Assembly: GCA_046754225.1 (NCBI GenBank)
Contig: JBHHVI010000003.1
Span: forward strand, 5,933-69,932
From: Thermodesulfobacteriota bacterium
GTDB taxonomy: Bacteria > Desulfobacterota > GWC2-55-46 > JADFVP01
DNA: 64,000 nt
Direction: 5' to 3'
Position 1 is the first letter of the stretch; each line of letters opens with the position of its first letter. A program made the translations under genes and the position numbers. The notes beneath the pieces are model-generated. The model was given only the letters and a program-made list of their open reading frames with translations, had not been told where the DNA came from and did no database searches. Of the stretch, positions 10,079 through 19,997 are shown one piece after another.

Positions 10079-11026
10079 TTAATGTATATGGGTCTTTTCA
10101 CGATGGGCGAGGCTTTCGAGCACAACGTCACGGTCGCAGCCGAGGCACTCCGCCTGTAAGGTAGTATAAAAGATATGGTACTTATGGGCAAGCATTTCAT
10201 TCGACTCTTTGAATATCTCACCCATCCTCCGCCTCTCGGGCGGGGTTATGTCAATATGGGCGCTCAGGGCGTAGACGTTATGGCATATGCTCCATACATG
10301 GAGCCTGTGCACGTTCGACACCCCTTTAATTGAGTTCAAATCTCTCACCACGTCTTTTATATCTATATCCTTGGGAACGCCCTCAAGGAGGATATGCGAG
10401 GAATCTCTCAATATCTGAAAAACGCCGTAAAAGATTATGCCGCCTATCACGAAGCTTATTATGGGGTCGACGACATACCATCGAGTGAAATATATGATTA
10501 TCGCCGCGGCGATGACGCCCACCGAGGCGACGGCGTCTCCGAGGACATGGAGGAAGGCGCTTCTAATATTCAGGTCGCTCGCGGCGAAGTGCCTGAGCCT
10601 CAGGGCCACCACCAGATTCACCACGAGTCCCACGAAGGCTACTGCGAGGGTCCCCACGCTATCGACGGGCTGGGGGTTTATGACCCTCCCATAGGCCCTG
10701 TAAAAGATAAAGAGCGTTATAAGGAGGAGCGTAAAACTGTTTATGAAGGATACGAAGACCTCGACCCTGTGAAGACCGAAGGTCCTCTTCTCGCTGGGCG
10801 GGAGCCCGGATATGTAGAGGGCGAAGAGGCTTAAGAGAAGGGCGAAGGCGTCCATGAAGACGTGCAGGGCGTCTGACATGAGGGCAAGGCTGTTCGTTAT
10901 ATAACCGCCGCCGAGTTCGGCCGCGAAAATAGCGCCGGTGAGCGCTACGGAAAAGAGCAACCTCTTTTTAAGAACGCTGTCTGAGTTCTCATGCGCCTTT
11001 TTATTGTCTCTTTCAACGGTAGACAT
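10079..11026 (-). CDS. cation diffusion facilitator family transporter (CzcD/ZitB-like)
   Basis: 315 aa; 6-TM core with HxxxD motifs (HVFMDAF, HVLGDAV) and a cytoplasmic C-terminal domain. Confidence 0.8.
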   Translation of the reverse strand: MSTVERDNKKAHENSDSVLKKRLLFSVALTGAIFAAELGGGYITNSLALMSDALHVFMDAFALLLSLFALYISGLPPSEKRTFGLHRVEVFVSFINSFTLLLITLFIFYRAYGRVINPQPVDSVGTLAVAFVGLVVNLVVALRLRHFAASDLNIRSAFLHVLGDAVASVGVIAAAIIIYFTRWYVVDPIISFVIGGIIFYGVFQILRDSSHILLEGVPKDIDIKDVVRDLNSIKGVSNVHRLHVWSICHNVYALSAHIDITPPERRRMGEIFKESNEMLAHKYHIFYTTLQAECLGCDRDVVLESLAHREKTHIH

Positions 11027-11040
11027 AACAAGATAGAACC

Positions 11041-12129
11041 TCAGGGTATAATCCAGATACTCTCTTTTTTCAATAATACCCCGACAGACTCTCCGGTGGC
11101 AAGGGCTAAATCCCTCATCACAAAGTTGGGCAGCTCTATCTTTAAGAGCGCCGGGCCTGTCTTTAGAAACAGTATATGGGTAGTGCCCCTGCCCGTTGAC
11201 GACACTATCTCGCCCTCTATGCGGTTTACGCGGCGGGCCCCGTCAATCCCCCTGTCCTTCCTTATTACGGGTATCTCCTCGGGCCTTATGCAGAAGTCCA
11301 CCTTCTGCCCGGTCTTAAGGGCGGCCCTCCCCCGCCTTCCGGCCCTGATCTCGCCGAGGGCCGGGCTCTCGATAACGACGTCAGAGCCCTCAAACCCCTT
11401 TATAACTCCGCTGAAGATATTGCGCGCCCCCACGAACCTTGCCACGCTCCGCGTGGCGGGCCTGTAAAAGACCTCCTCGCGGCCGTCGAACTGCTCTATC
11501 CTGCCGTTATTTATAACGGCTATACTGCCTCCGAGCATAAAGGCCTCTTCGAGGTCATGGGTCACCAGTATGGTGGTTATGGGGAACCTCTCATGGATAT
11601 TCAAGAGGTCGGCCCGGAGTTTTTCCCTCACCTGATAGTCGAGGGCGGAAAAGGGCTCGTCAAGGAGAAGGACCCGGGGGCCTGTAGCCAGCGTCCTCGC
11701 CAGCGCAACCCTCTGGCGCTGACCTCCGGAGAGCTGGCGGGGATATCTTTTTTCAAGGCCGTTGAGTCTCATTATATCGAGGAGGTCCGCTACGGCGCCC
11801 CTTATCCTCTCCCGGCCAAGGCCCTTTAATCCGTAGGCGATGTTGCCGGCCACGTCCATATGGGGAAAGAGGGCGTAGTCCTGAAAGAGATAACCCACCC
11901 CCCTTTTTCTTATGGGTACGTTCACTCCCGTAGAAGAATCAAAGAGCTTTTCCCCGTCTACCTCGACCACCCCCTCTTGAGGGCGCTCGAGCCCTGATAT
12001 CATCTTCAGGGTAAGGGACTTGCCCGCCCCTGAAGGGCCGAAGAGGACCGTCAGCTCCTCATCGAGCCTTAAGTCCACATCGAGGTAAAACCCCCTGAAA
12101 CTCTTTTTCAGCCTGAATGATAGACTCAT
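11041..12129 (-). CDS. modC: molybdate ABC transporter ATP-binding protein with C-terminal TOBE domain
   Basis: 362 aa; Walker A GPSGAGKS, ABC signature LSGGQRQRVALAR, Walker B LLLDEPFSALD; operon with modB/modA. Confidence 0.8.
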   Translation of the reverse strand: MSLSFRLKKSFRGFYLDVDLRLDEELTVLFGPSGAGKSLTLKMISGLERPQEGVVEVDGEKLFDSSTGVNVPIRKRGVGYLFQDYALFPHMDVAGNIAYGLKGLGRERIRGAVADLLDIMRLNGLEKRYPRQLSGGQRQRVALARTLATGPRVLLLDEPFSALDYQVREKLRADLLNIHERFPITTILVTHDLEEAFMLGGSIAVINNGRIEQFDGREEVFYRPATRSVARFVGARNIFSGVIKGFEGSDVVIESPALGEIRAGRRGRAALKTGQKVDFCIRPEEIPVIRKDRGIDGARRVNRIEGEIVSSTGRGTTHILFLKTGPALLKIELPNFVMRDLALATGESVGVLLKKESIWIIP

Positions 12130-12151
12130 ATTCTTTTCACCGGCCTTTGGA

Positions 12152-12808
12152 TTAAAACTTGCCCCTTGTAAAGATACCCACTCCGTAAAGGACGAGGAAG
12201 GAAAACACGGTCACTATAATGACGAGCATATTCGCCGTAAAGTCGTCGCCCATCTGCACGGCGTCGTATATCGCTATGGGCAGGGTCCGTGTTGAGCCGG
12301 GGATATTTCCCGCCACCATGAGAGTGGCGCCGAACTCTCCCGTGGCGCGCGCGAAGGCCATGACAGCGCCGGCCGCCATACCCCTCCAGGCAAGGGGGAG
12401 GGTCACGGTCCTCAGTATATCCAGCTCCGTCCTGCCGAGAAGCCTTGCGGCGTCCTCGAGTTCTCCGCTTACTTCCTCAATGGCGGCGCGCGCCGGCTTC
12501 ACGAAGAGAGGCAGGGAGGAGACAAAGGCCGCAACCACCGCCCCTTTCCATGTAAAGACCACTTCTATGCCGAGATAATCCTCAAAAAACCTTCCGATAA
12601 AACTCGAATGGCCGAATACGGTGAGGAGATAATAGCCGAGCACCGTGGGGGGTATTACAAGGGGCTGCATTATAAGGACGTCAAGGACGTTCTTGCCCCG
12701 GAAATCCTTCTTCGCCAGAACGAGGGCGAGGCCGAGGCCGATCGCCGCCGTAAAGATGGTGGCCGTAAAAGAGACCTTGACTGTAAGGTAAAGCGGATAG
12801 AGGTCCAT
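12152..12808 (-). CDS. modB: molybdate ABC transporter permease
   Basis: 218 aa; ABC permease with EAA-like loop (ARATGEFGATLMVAGN); adjacent to modA/modC. Confidence 0.8.
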   Translation of the reverse strand: MDLYPLYLTVKVSFTATIFTAAIGLGLALVLAKKDFRGKNVLDVLIMQPLVIPPTVLGYYLLTVFGHSSFIGRFFEDYLGIEVVFTWKGAVVAAFVSSLPLFVKPARAAIEEVSGELEDAARLLGRTELDILRTVTLPLAWRGMAAGAVMAFARATGEFGATLMVAGNIPGSTRTLPIAIYDAVQMGDDFTANMLVIIVTVFSFLVLYGVGIFTRGKF

Positions 12809-12830
12809 GGCAAAAAAAATTGGTGTTAAA

Positions 12831-13598
12831 CTAACGCACCCCCGGCAAAGTAAAACCGAGACTCCTCATAACATGCCGGCCCTTTGGACCGTTGACGTAC
12901 TCTATAAATTCCCTTGCCGTTTTTTTCCGCTTCGAGGCGGAAAGAACCGCCCCGGCCTGCTCTATGGGCCTGTGCGCGGCAGGGTCAATAACCGAGTATG
13001 AAATCTCCGGCGCTTCGGCGACGGAAAGGGCCACGATACCGGCCGGGACGTTTCCCGATTGTATGAACTGAAGCGTCTGCCTCACGTTTTCACCGTAAAC
13101 GAGTTTATCTTTTATCTTATCCCATACCCCGGCGCTCTTCATCGCCTCCATGGCGGCCGTCCCGTAAGGGGCGTGGTCGGGGTTGGCGATAGCTATCCTC
13201 TTTATCTCCGTGCTCAAAAGGTCTTTAATCCCCTTTACCTCGATACCGGAAGATTTATTTACCGCCAATACTATCCTCCCCTCCGCATAAACCCTTATTG
13301 ACCCCGGCAGTACTAATCCGCCTCTCTTGAGCTCATCAATATATTTGATATTGGCCGAAAAGAAGAGGTCGAAGGGCGCGCCCTCTTCTATCTGCCGCTT
13401 CAACATGCCCGATGAGCCGAAGGATGTCCTCACACTCACGCCTTTCTCATCTTCAAACATAAGTGCTATTCTCTTCAACGCAAAGGCGTTGGATGCGGCG
13501 GCGGCAACGGTCAGCACCTCCTTCCCGGCCCCGTGGACAGTGCTTATAGCGCTTAAGAGGATCGCAAGAGTAAAAACAATTGACAGCCTTTTAAACAT
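12831..13598 (-). CDS. modA: molybdate ABC transporter periplasmic substrate-binding protein
   Basis: Signal peptide MFKRLSIVFTLAILLSAISTVHG, ModA-like body; start placed at the internal ATG (13598) because the upstream ATG (13631) lacks an RBS and abuts a terminator U-run. Confidence 0.8.
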   Translation of the reverse strand: MFKRLSIVFTLAILLSAISTVHGAGKEVLTVAAAASNAFALKRIALMFEDEKGVSVRTSFGSSGMLKRQIEEGAPFDLFFSANIKYIDELKRGGLVLPGSIRVYAEGRIVLAVNKSSGIEVKGIKDLLSTEIKRIAIANPDHAPYGTAAMEAMKSAGVWDKIKDKLVYGENVRQTLQFIQSGNVPAGIVALSVAEAPEISYSVIDPAAHRPIEQAGAVLSASKRKKTAREFIEYVNGPKGRHVMRSLGFTLPGVR

Positions 13599-13632
13599 AC
13601 GCAACCTGCCCTTATAATTCCGCAAACGCAAT

Positions 13633-13669
13633 CAAAAAACAAAAAAAGACCAGCCCGGAAAGGCTGGCC
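13633..13669 (-). terminator. rho-independent terminator-type hairpin (GACCAGCC-loop-GGCTGGCC followed by U-run on the - strand)
   Basis: Stem 13648-13655/13662-13669 followed on the - strand by UUUUUUUGUUUUUUG; either the terminator of the histidine kinase gene or the expression platform of a riboswitch in front of modA. Confidence 0.55.
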
Positions 13670-13846
13670 TGAGCCAAATTTTCTCCTTTCCAAAGTCGGG
13701 AGGCATGCCCGTTTCCAGTCATACCCTGTCGGCCTGACTCCATAGTCTTTGTTTAAAGACCTTAGGAGAATCGGCTCGGAGATATTCTCTCTATTAAATT
13801 TTAGAAAATTCTACAACACCGCGGCACTAAAGTCAACCTCGGCGGG
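13636..13846 (-). promoter_or_regulatory. candidate molybdenum-cofactor (Moco) riboswitch in the modABC leader
   Basis: ~200-nt structured leader between the kinase stop and modA. It contains CUCCGAGCCG, GCCUCCC and GGAAAGGAG elements and ends in an intrinsic-terminator hairpin. From memory, modABC leaders in many bacteria carry the Moco RNA motif; I could not run a covariance model. Confidence 0.35.
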
Positions 13847-15232
13847 TTAAACGTCTTTGTCTGACGGTATAAAGAAGCCGAAGGTCGCGCCCTCCCCTGG
13901 CAATACCCACACCCTCCCGCCATGGGCCTCGACAAAGGTCTTTACGATACTGAGTCCGAGGCCGGCCCCTCCCGTCTTGATGCCCTCCTCTGTCTGATAA
14001 AAGGCGTCAAAGACCCTGTCCGCGTCCTCCTTTGAAATCCCGCCTCCGTCGTCATAGACGGAAAACTCAAAGCGACTGTTTTTAACACAGCATTTGATAC
14101 GCACTTCGTTCTTCGAGTGTTTTACGGCGTTACTCAGGAGGTTGTACAAAATCCTTTCGAGTTTTTCAGGATCGGCCACGAGCTCAGCTCCGTCGTCGAA
14201 TGACCCCGCAAGGGGCTTATCGTTCACGAATATCTCCTTACCGGAGTTTTCAAAAGGCTCGACGGCCGCCCTGAGGACGTCGAAGGCCTGGACAACCCTT
14301 TTATCAAGGGGGAGGGCGCCGCTCTGGGCGCGGCTGAAGTTTAAGACGTCGACGGCCATATTCTCCACCCTGTGAGATGATTCGAGAATTGCACCGATCC
14401 TTTTCCGGCTCTTTTCAGGGATATTGTCCCCCACCTCGCGTATCAGACGGTCGGCGTTCAACGAAACAATGGTAAGCGGGCCTTTTATGTCATGCATTAT
14501 ATAATCGATATACATCATGTTTACCCTGTCAAGCTCCTTCTGTTTTGTCATGTTGAAGGCTATGCCGAGAAAATTCCTTACCTCGCCGCCCGCGTCCTTC
14601 ATGGCGTTTATGGAAAGAAGGACCGGTACTTCCCGCCCGTCTTTCCTCAGGTTTATAATCTCCCCCCTCCAATAACCCTTGTCGGGGTTCAAGAGGTCCT
14701 CCCACATCTTTTCATACAGTTTTATTGTGGAGTGTTCCGACTGGAGGAGCCTCGGGTTCTTGCCGAGGACCTCGTCTTTGCTGTATCCGTAAGTGTCGAG
14801 GAAGGACTTATTGACGTCTATAATGCAGGCGTCTTTATCTGTAATCGTCACGGCGTCGTTGGAAAATTTAAAGATCCTCTGGAACTCATCGGTCAGGATG
14901 GCGGGCATCTCAGAGGACCTCTCCGTCTTCACGGTAAACATTATGGAATCAAGGGCGCCGGTGCGGTCCCTTAAAGGGTAGATGCTCACGAAGACGTCTA
15001 TGACGGTCCCGTCTTTTCTCAGGACCTCTGTCTTATGTCCAACTACAGGACCGGCTTCCTTCGCCGTATCAAAAAGCGCTTTATACTCCTCGTACTTTTG
15101 TGCGGGGGCGAACATTCTTAGAGTACCGCCCATCACCTCGTCGTGAAGATACCCGAGGATGCCCGTCAGGGCGCTGGAAAAACGGATAATCCGCCCCTCC
15201 TTGTTTAGACTGAGAGTCCCCTCCTTTTCCAC
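13847..15232 (-). CDS. PAS-domain sensor histidine kinase
   Basis: 461 aa; PAS regions, H-box HDIKGPLT, HATPase_c motifs (NLLSNAVKHS, GGAGLGLSIVK). Confidence 0.75.
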   Translation of the reverse strand: MEKEGTLSLNKEGRIIRFSSALTGILGYLHDEVMGGTLRMFAPAQKYEEYKALFDTAKEAGPVVGHKTEVLRKDGTVIDVFVSIYPLRDRTGALDSIMFTVKTERSSEMPAILTDEFQRIFKFSNDAVTITDKDACIIDVNKSFLDTYGYSKDEVLGKNPRLLQSEHSTIKLYEKMWEDLLNPDKGYWRGEIINLRKDGREVPVLLSINAMKDAGGEVRNFLGIAFNMTKQKELDRVNMMYIDYIMHDIKGPLTIVSLNADRLIREVGDNIPEKSRKRIGAILESSHRVENMAVDVLNFSRAQSGALPLDKRVVQAFDVLRAAVEPFENSGKEIFVNDKPLAGSFDDGAELVADPEKLERILYNLLSNAVKHSKNEVRIKCCVKNSRFEFSVYDDGGGISKEDADRVFDAFYQTEEGIKTGGAGLGLSIVKTFVEAHGGRVWVLPGEGATFGFFIPSDKDV

Positions 15233-15348
15233 TTGTCACCTTTATATAAATTGTCCCTATCTAAGATGTTAAACATATTTAATATGTTACAACAAATTTA
15301 AAACCAAATAAAGATTTAAAATTCTTGAGGCCCGTCCCGATTGGAACC

Positions 15349-16536
15349 CTACTTCAAGACAGAGGGGAGAAAGGATTGTCCCTCGCCAAGGGGGGGGATT
15401 GCGAAGGCCTCGGCTATGGAAGCGCCGAGGTCGGCGAAGGTCTTTCTTGTGCCGAGGTTTACTCCCCCTCTTAACCCCTTGCCGTAGACGATAAGAGGGG
15501 CGTACTCGCGAGAATGGTCGGTGGACGGGGTCGTCGGGTCGCAGCCGTGGTCTCCCGTGATAATAAAAAGGTCGTCTTCCGTTAAGAGGGCTGTTATCCC
15601 GGGGATTCTTTTGTCTATATTCTTAAGGACCCCGGCGCATCCCCGGGGGTCGTTCCTGTGGCCGTAGAGCATGTCGAATTCAACGAGGTTGGTGAATATA
15701 AAGGCGGGGCCTTCTCGCGGGGATTTAACCGCCTCGACAGTCTTGTCGAGACCGTCGCTGTCGCTGGTCGTATGGAGCTCGTCGTCAATCCCCCTGTGCG
15801 CGAAGATATCGCCGATCTTACCAATGCCTGTAACATGGACACCCCTTTCCCTGACCCTCTCAAGGAGCGTTTTGGCGGGAGGCCCCATGGAAAAGTCCCT
15901 CCTCCCCGCCGTCCTCGTAAACGCGCCGGGGGGGCCGGTAAAGGGCCTCGCTATAACCCTCTCGATATTGTACTCATTCAAAAATCCCCGCGCCTCGCGG
16001 CAGACCCCGTAGAGTTCCTTTAGGGGCACAATATCCTCATGGGCCGCTATCTGGAATACGCTGTCCGCCGATGTGTATATGATGAGCCTATGAGACTCAA
16101 TATGAACTTTACCGAACCTTTCTATTATCTCCGTGCCCGAGGCGGGTTTCGCCCAGAGGGCGCCGTAGCCCGTCAGGGCGGAAAACTTTTCGAGCATTTC
16201 AGGAGGAAAACCGTCGGGAAAGGTGGCGAAAGGCTTTTTGAGTATTACTCCCGCCATCTCCCAGTGGCCCGTTGACGTGTCCTTACCCGGCGACGCCTCC
16301 GCCATCCTGCCGTATGAGGCTATGGGTGAACAGGGCTTTTCTATAAGGTCAACACCCTCGATACAGCCGAGCCCCATGGATGAAAGGTTTTCAAGCGCGA
16401 GCCCTCCCACGGCCCTCGCGGTGTTGTCGAGGGTGTCGCTCCCGGAGTCTCCGTACCTGGCGGCGTCAGGGAGCTCACCCGCGCCGAGCCCGTCAATGAC
16501 GACGACTACAACTCTTTTAAAGAAAGGTTTTTTCAT
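15349..16536 (-). CDS. deoB: phosphopentomutase
   Basis: Full-length similarity to DeoB (VVVVIDGLGAG, TSADSVFQIAAHE, RVIARPF, TGDHGCDPT); start placed at MKKPFF with an AGGGG RBS. Confidence 0.85.
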   Translation of the reverse strand: MKKPFFKRVVVVVIDGLGAGELPDAARYGDSGSDTLDNTARAVGGLALENLSSMGLGCIEGVDLIEKPCSPIASYGRMAEASPGKDTSTGHWEMAGVILKKPFATFPDGFPPEMLEKFSALTGYGALWAKPASGTEIIERFGKVHIESHRLIIYTSADSVFQIAAHEDIVPLKELYGVCREARGFLNEYNIERVIARPFTGPPGAFTRTAGRRDFSMGPPAKTLLERVRERGVHVTGIGKIGDIFAHRGIDDELHTTSDSDGLDKTVEAVKSPREGPAFIFTNLVEFDMLYGHRNDPRGCAGVLKNIDKRIPGITALLTEDDLFIITGDHGCDPTTPSTDHSREYAPLIVYGKGLRGGVNLGTRKTFADLGASIAEAFAIPPLGEGQSFLPSVLK

Positions 16537-16576
16537 GACCCCTATATTGACCCGTATATTGCAATAGTGTTCCGCT

Positions 16577-17290
16577 TTAAAACCGTTCAATCTTTTTCAC
16601 AAGGCCCGTTACCTTCCGAACCATGAGGTCGAAGAGCCTCAGCCCCTTTTCAGCAGTAGCCTTTGAGGGGTCCCCCCATACGGCGCCGGGCCAGTATTTC
16701 ATCTTGTCACGCGCCACAATCGGCTTTGGCAGGCCCGGGTATTCCTCCTTCGACCTGCCCTTTACGAGTTCGGGGGCGAGGTAAAGTACGGCAGAGGTCT
16801 CCATCTCTCCGGCGTGGGAGTCGTTCTCAGTCTCGGCTATAAGGTTCGCCTCGGGGCCGAGCACCTCGTAGATTGAAAGGGCGGCGATGACTGCGCCCTT
16901 TAATTCAACGGTAAGGGCCTCGGCCGCCTCCTTCATGGCGGAGACGTGGAGGCTCCCGCCGTGGCCCGAGATGAGAATGAATCTCTTAAACCCCTTACCT
17001 GAGGCGTCCCTTACTATATCCTTGGTCAACATCCTCAGGGTGGCGGGAGTTACGCCGATTGTCCCGGGGTGCCGGCCCGTTGAGGTGCATACCCCGTAAT
17101 AGACGGGCGGGGCCACAAAGAGCGGGGTCTCTTCAGAGACCTTCTTAAGGACCTCCCTTATAACAAGGGTATCGGTATTCAACGGGAGATGCTCACCGTG
17201 GGCCTCAACGGTACCGTAAGGCACGGCGAGCGTCCTGGTCTTCCTCATACCCCTCTTGAATTCCTTCATTGTCATCTCTTCGAGTATCAT
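16577..17290 (-). CDS. creatininase-family amidohydrolase
   Basis: Motif AVPYGTVEAHGEHLPL; the listed ORF extends further N-terminal, probably spuriously. Confidence 0.65.
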   Translation of the reverse strand: MILEEMTMKEFKRGMRKTRTLAVPYGTVEAHGEHLPLNTDTLVIREVLKKVSEETPLFVAPPVYYGVCTSTGRHPGTIGVTPATLRMLTKDIVRDASGKGFKRFILISGHGGSLHVSAMKEAAEALTVELKGAVIAALSIYEVLGPEANLIAETENDSHAGEMETSAVLYLAPELVKGRSKEEYPGLPKPIVARDKMKYWPGAVWGDPSKATAEKGLRLFDLMVRKVTGLVKKIERF

Positions 17291-17418
17291 CTCAAACCCC
17301 TCCCTCTTTCTTTTTCTTCGGCTTCTTCGGCGGCTAAAGGGCGCGGCAAAGGATATCGTCAAAAATCTTTCAAGATTTTTTCAGAGTCGGCCCTTTCCCG
17401 AAGCTCAAGCGCAAAAAA

Positions 17419-17823
17419 TCATTTCCTTGAAAAAAAGTATCCGTACATAAAGGCCCCGAAAAACCCGCCCATACCGTTCACGAGGGCGTCCATAACCTCA
17501 CCGCTCCTTTCGGGGATAAAATGCTGAACAAACTCGATAAATACGCCGTACAGGAATGATATTGTAAAGGCTGCAGCTATTACCTTTTTTCCCGACCCTC
17601 TCACGCCAGTGTATCGTGAACCCCTTACAAGGGCCCTTGCCCACAAAAACCCCATCAAGGCGTAAAGAATAAAATGTGCCGCCTTGTCCGCCTGCCAGAA
17701 GAGTTCCACGGCCTCCGGGGACTTTCTTACAGAGAGGATAAATATAAGGGCCATGTAAAGGACGGCCGCGACATAGCCCTGCTTTAACATGGGATTTTCT
17801 GAAGTCCTGTTAAGGTTCCTCAT
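17419..17823 (-). CDS. VanZ-like family membrane protein
   Basis: 134 aa, 4 TM, KxxHF and FxEFxQ motifs typical of VanZ-like proteins. Confidence 0.55.
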   Translation of the reverse strand: MRNLNRTSENPMLKQGYVAAVLYMALIFILSVRKSPEAVELFWQADKAAHFILYALMGFLWARALVRGSRYTGVRGSGKKVIAAAFTISFLYGVFIEFVQHFIPERSGEVMDALVNGMGGFFGAFMYGYFFSRK

Positions 17824-17843
17824 TAACGCTCTCCATGTTTTTC

Positions 17844-19136
17844 CTAAAAATACGCCTGAAGCCTTAACGCGTAGATAAATTGGTCGGCCGCCGCCCTGTC
17901 GCCTCCGGGGTTCATGACGTACTGAAGGTCAGGCGTTACATGAAAGCCTCTTCCTTCAAGAGCGCCCATCAGCGAAAAGTTATAAAAGACTTCGAGGTAA
18001 TGCTCGTCGCCAGGGTTGAAGCCCGATGGGGCGGCCCGCTTAAAATCCTCACCGATAAAACTCAAGCCGTAGCCGAGCCCCATCACGTCATCGGGACGGC
18101 CCATAAAACCGCCGCGCGCGTTAAGCCCGCCTCCCACAAACCCCTTGAACTGAGCCACCTTCTCCCTCTGAAGGCCCCAGCGGAGCCAGAACCCCAATGT
18201 TTCGGTTATGGACTGGTCGACGCTCATACCTGCGCCTTTGTTCTCCGCCCTTAAAAGACCCGGGTCGGTGGGGTCGGCGAGGTCTGCCTGCGATGAATCG
18301 GGCCTCTCTTTTCTGAGCCAGTAATAGAGCCTGTAATTGCCCTCTCTTCCTAAGAATTCCCGATGAAGGCCTATCTCAGCCATGAGAAAAGGGCTGTCAA
18401 AGGCGCCTTTGTAGTCGCCGTCGCCCTCAAAGGCCCCGATGGTCACGTCTACGGCCACGGAAGGCGACCATGTGAGCCTCACACCTGGAGAATAAAAATC
18501 CTCGGAGCCGCCGAACTCAACGGCCGGGTTGTTTACAAAGGCGTTGGCCATAAACCGGCCCCTCTCATCATTGGCGAACTCGTTGGTGTCGAAGTATTCA
18601 GTTATATCGAGCTGGCCCAGGGAGACCGTTAAAGCGCCGTCAAAAAAAACGTGCTCGTAATATACCTGCGTTACATGGACGTTTGTGTCGTTAAAGGCCT
18701 CTATGTCGCCGTTTGGCCCCGTGGTGTTGCCGTTGGGCGCGGTAGCAAACCCGACCCCCTCAAGGCCCGCACCCCTCTGGAAGTCCAGTACAAGAACGGC
18801 GCGGCCGGCCTTTCCAACGGGCCCCTCAAGGGCCATGTCGGCGGATATGGCCGCCTCGGCCTTCTTTTTGTCCTCCACGTTCATAACGCCCTGCACCGTA
18901 AAGGTAAACCCGCCTGAAATCCTTAGCCCGTAAAGGCTGTGCACAGGGTGGAGCCTGTGTCCCGGTTCACCCTTGACCTCCACCGCCTCGAGCCTCTCCT
19001 CGAGCCTTTCGACCCTTTCCCTTAAGCTCTTATCCTCTTCAACTTCGTTCAGGGCGGCGGATTCATCGGCAGAGGAAACGCTGGAGATAAAAAAGGGCGC
19101 AACAAAAATGAGAATTAAACAAAAAAATTTCTTCAT
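17844..19136 (-). CDS. outer-membrane beta-barrel porin (OprB-like carbohydrate-selective porin family)
   Basis: 430 aa; signal peptide, N-terminal coiled-coil, beta-rich body ending in aromatic ...LQAYF. Confidence 0.5.
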   Translation of the reverse strand: MKKFFCLILIFVAPFFISSVSSADESAALNEVEEDKSLRERVERLEERLEAVEVKGEPGHRLHPVHSLYGLRISGGFTFTVQGVMNVEDKKKAEAAISADMALEGPVGKAGRAVLVLDFQRGAGLEGVGFATAPNGNTTGPNGDIEAFNDTNVHVTQVYYEHVFFDGALTVSLGQLDITEYFDTNEFANDERGRFMANAFVNNPAVEFGGSEDFYSPGVRLTWSPSVAVDVTIGAFEGDGDYKGAFDSPFLMAEIGLHREFLGREGNYRLYYWLRKERPDSSQADLADPTDPGLLRAENKGAGMSVDQSITETLGFWLRWGLQREKVAQFKGFVGGGLNARGGFMGRPDDVMGLGYGLSFIGEDFKRAAPSGFNPGDEHYLEVFYNFSLMGALEGRGFHVTPDLQYVMNPGGDRAAADQFIYALRLQAYF

Positions 19137-19168
19137 AGGCTTGTCACTCGACCTCCTTATAAGAAAAC

Positions 19169-19969
19169 TCAGTCGTGCTCATCGTGCCTCGAAAAAGGGC
19201 CGTGGCTGTGGATATGAGTTATGGCCCCGTGCCTGTGGGCGTGTTCGTGTATCAGGTTGGCCCGTAGAAGCAGGGCCTTGTCTTTAAGGACCTGCTCGGC
19301 CGGGCCGTCAGCCGAGAGCCTGTGCGATTCGTCGAGGACCACCACCCTCTCGGAAATGTCCTCGGCAAAACTCAAGTCGTGCGTGGCTATTATAAAGGTC
19401 TTTTTTATCCGCTTGAGTTCACCGAGGAGTTCAAGGAGCCAGACCTGCGTCCTCGGGTCAAGGGCCGCCGTCGGCTCGTCAAGGAGAAGCACATCGGGGT
19501 TCAGGGACAATACGGAAGCGATGGCGACCTTTTTCTTCTCGCCTCCGCTCAATCGGAACGGGGCCCTTTGCTTGAGGGGCGCAATCCCCAGCATTTCAAG
19601 GACGTCGCCGACCCTCTTTTTGACCTCACCGGTGGAGAGCCCGGTCTGCAGGGGGCCGAAGGCCACTTCGTCATAGACGGTGGGACTGAAGAGCTGGACG
19701 TCGGGCTCGGAAAAGACGAAACCGACGCTTAAGCGGAAAGGCCTTTTAATGGCCCCCTCCGTCAAAAGCCCGCCCCGGAACCTGACGCTCCCCGAAGCGG
19801 GGAAAATCAGTCCGTTCAGTATCTTAAGGAGCGTTGATTTGCCGGTGCCGTTGGCGCCGAGCACGGCGAGGCTCTCCCCGCGCCTTACAATAAAACTTAT
19901 ATCATCGAGGGCCGGGACGCCGCCATAAGAGAAGCCGACCCCCTCGACCCTGTATATTTCTTCTTCCAT
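19169..19969 (-). CDS. cbiO: ECF/CbiO-type ABC ATPase of a Co/Ni transporter, with His-rich C-terminal tail
   Basis: 266 aa; Walker A GANGTGKST, signature LSGGEKKKVAIA, Walker B LLLDEPTAALD; C-terminal HEHAHRHGAITHIHSHG...HDEHD. Confidence 0.75.
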   Translation of the reverse strand: MEEEIYRVEGVGFSYGGVPALDDISFIVRRGESLAVLGANGTGKSTLLKILNGLIFPASGSVRFRGGLLTEGAIKRPFRLSVGFVFSEPDVQLFSPTVYDEVAFGPLQTGLSTGEVKKRVGDVLEMLGIAPLKQRAPFRLSGGEKKKVAIASVLSLNPDVLLLDEPTAALDPRTQVWLLELLGELKRIKKTFIIATHDLSFAEDISERVVVLDESHRLSADGPAEQVLKDKALLLRANLIHEHAHRHGAITHIHSHGPFSRHDEHD

Positions 19970-19997
19970 GACCCTGTCCGCGAGTTTGATTTTTCCC

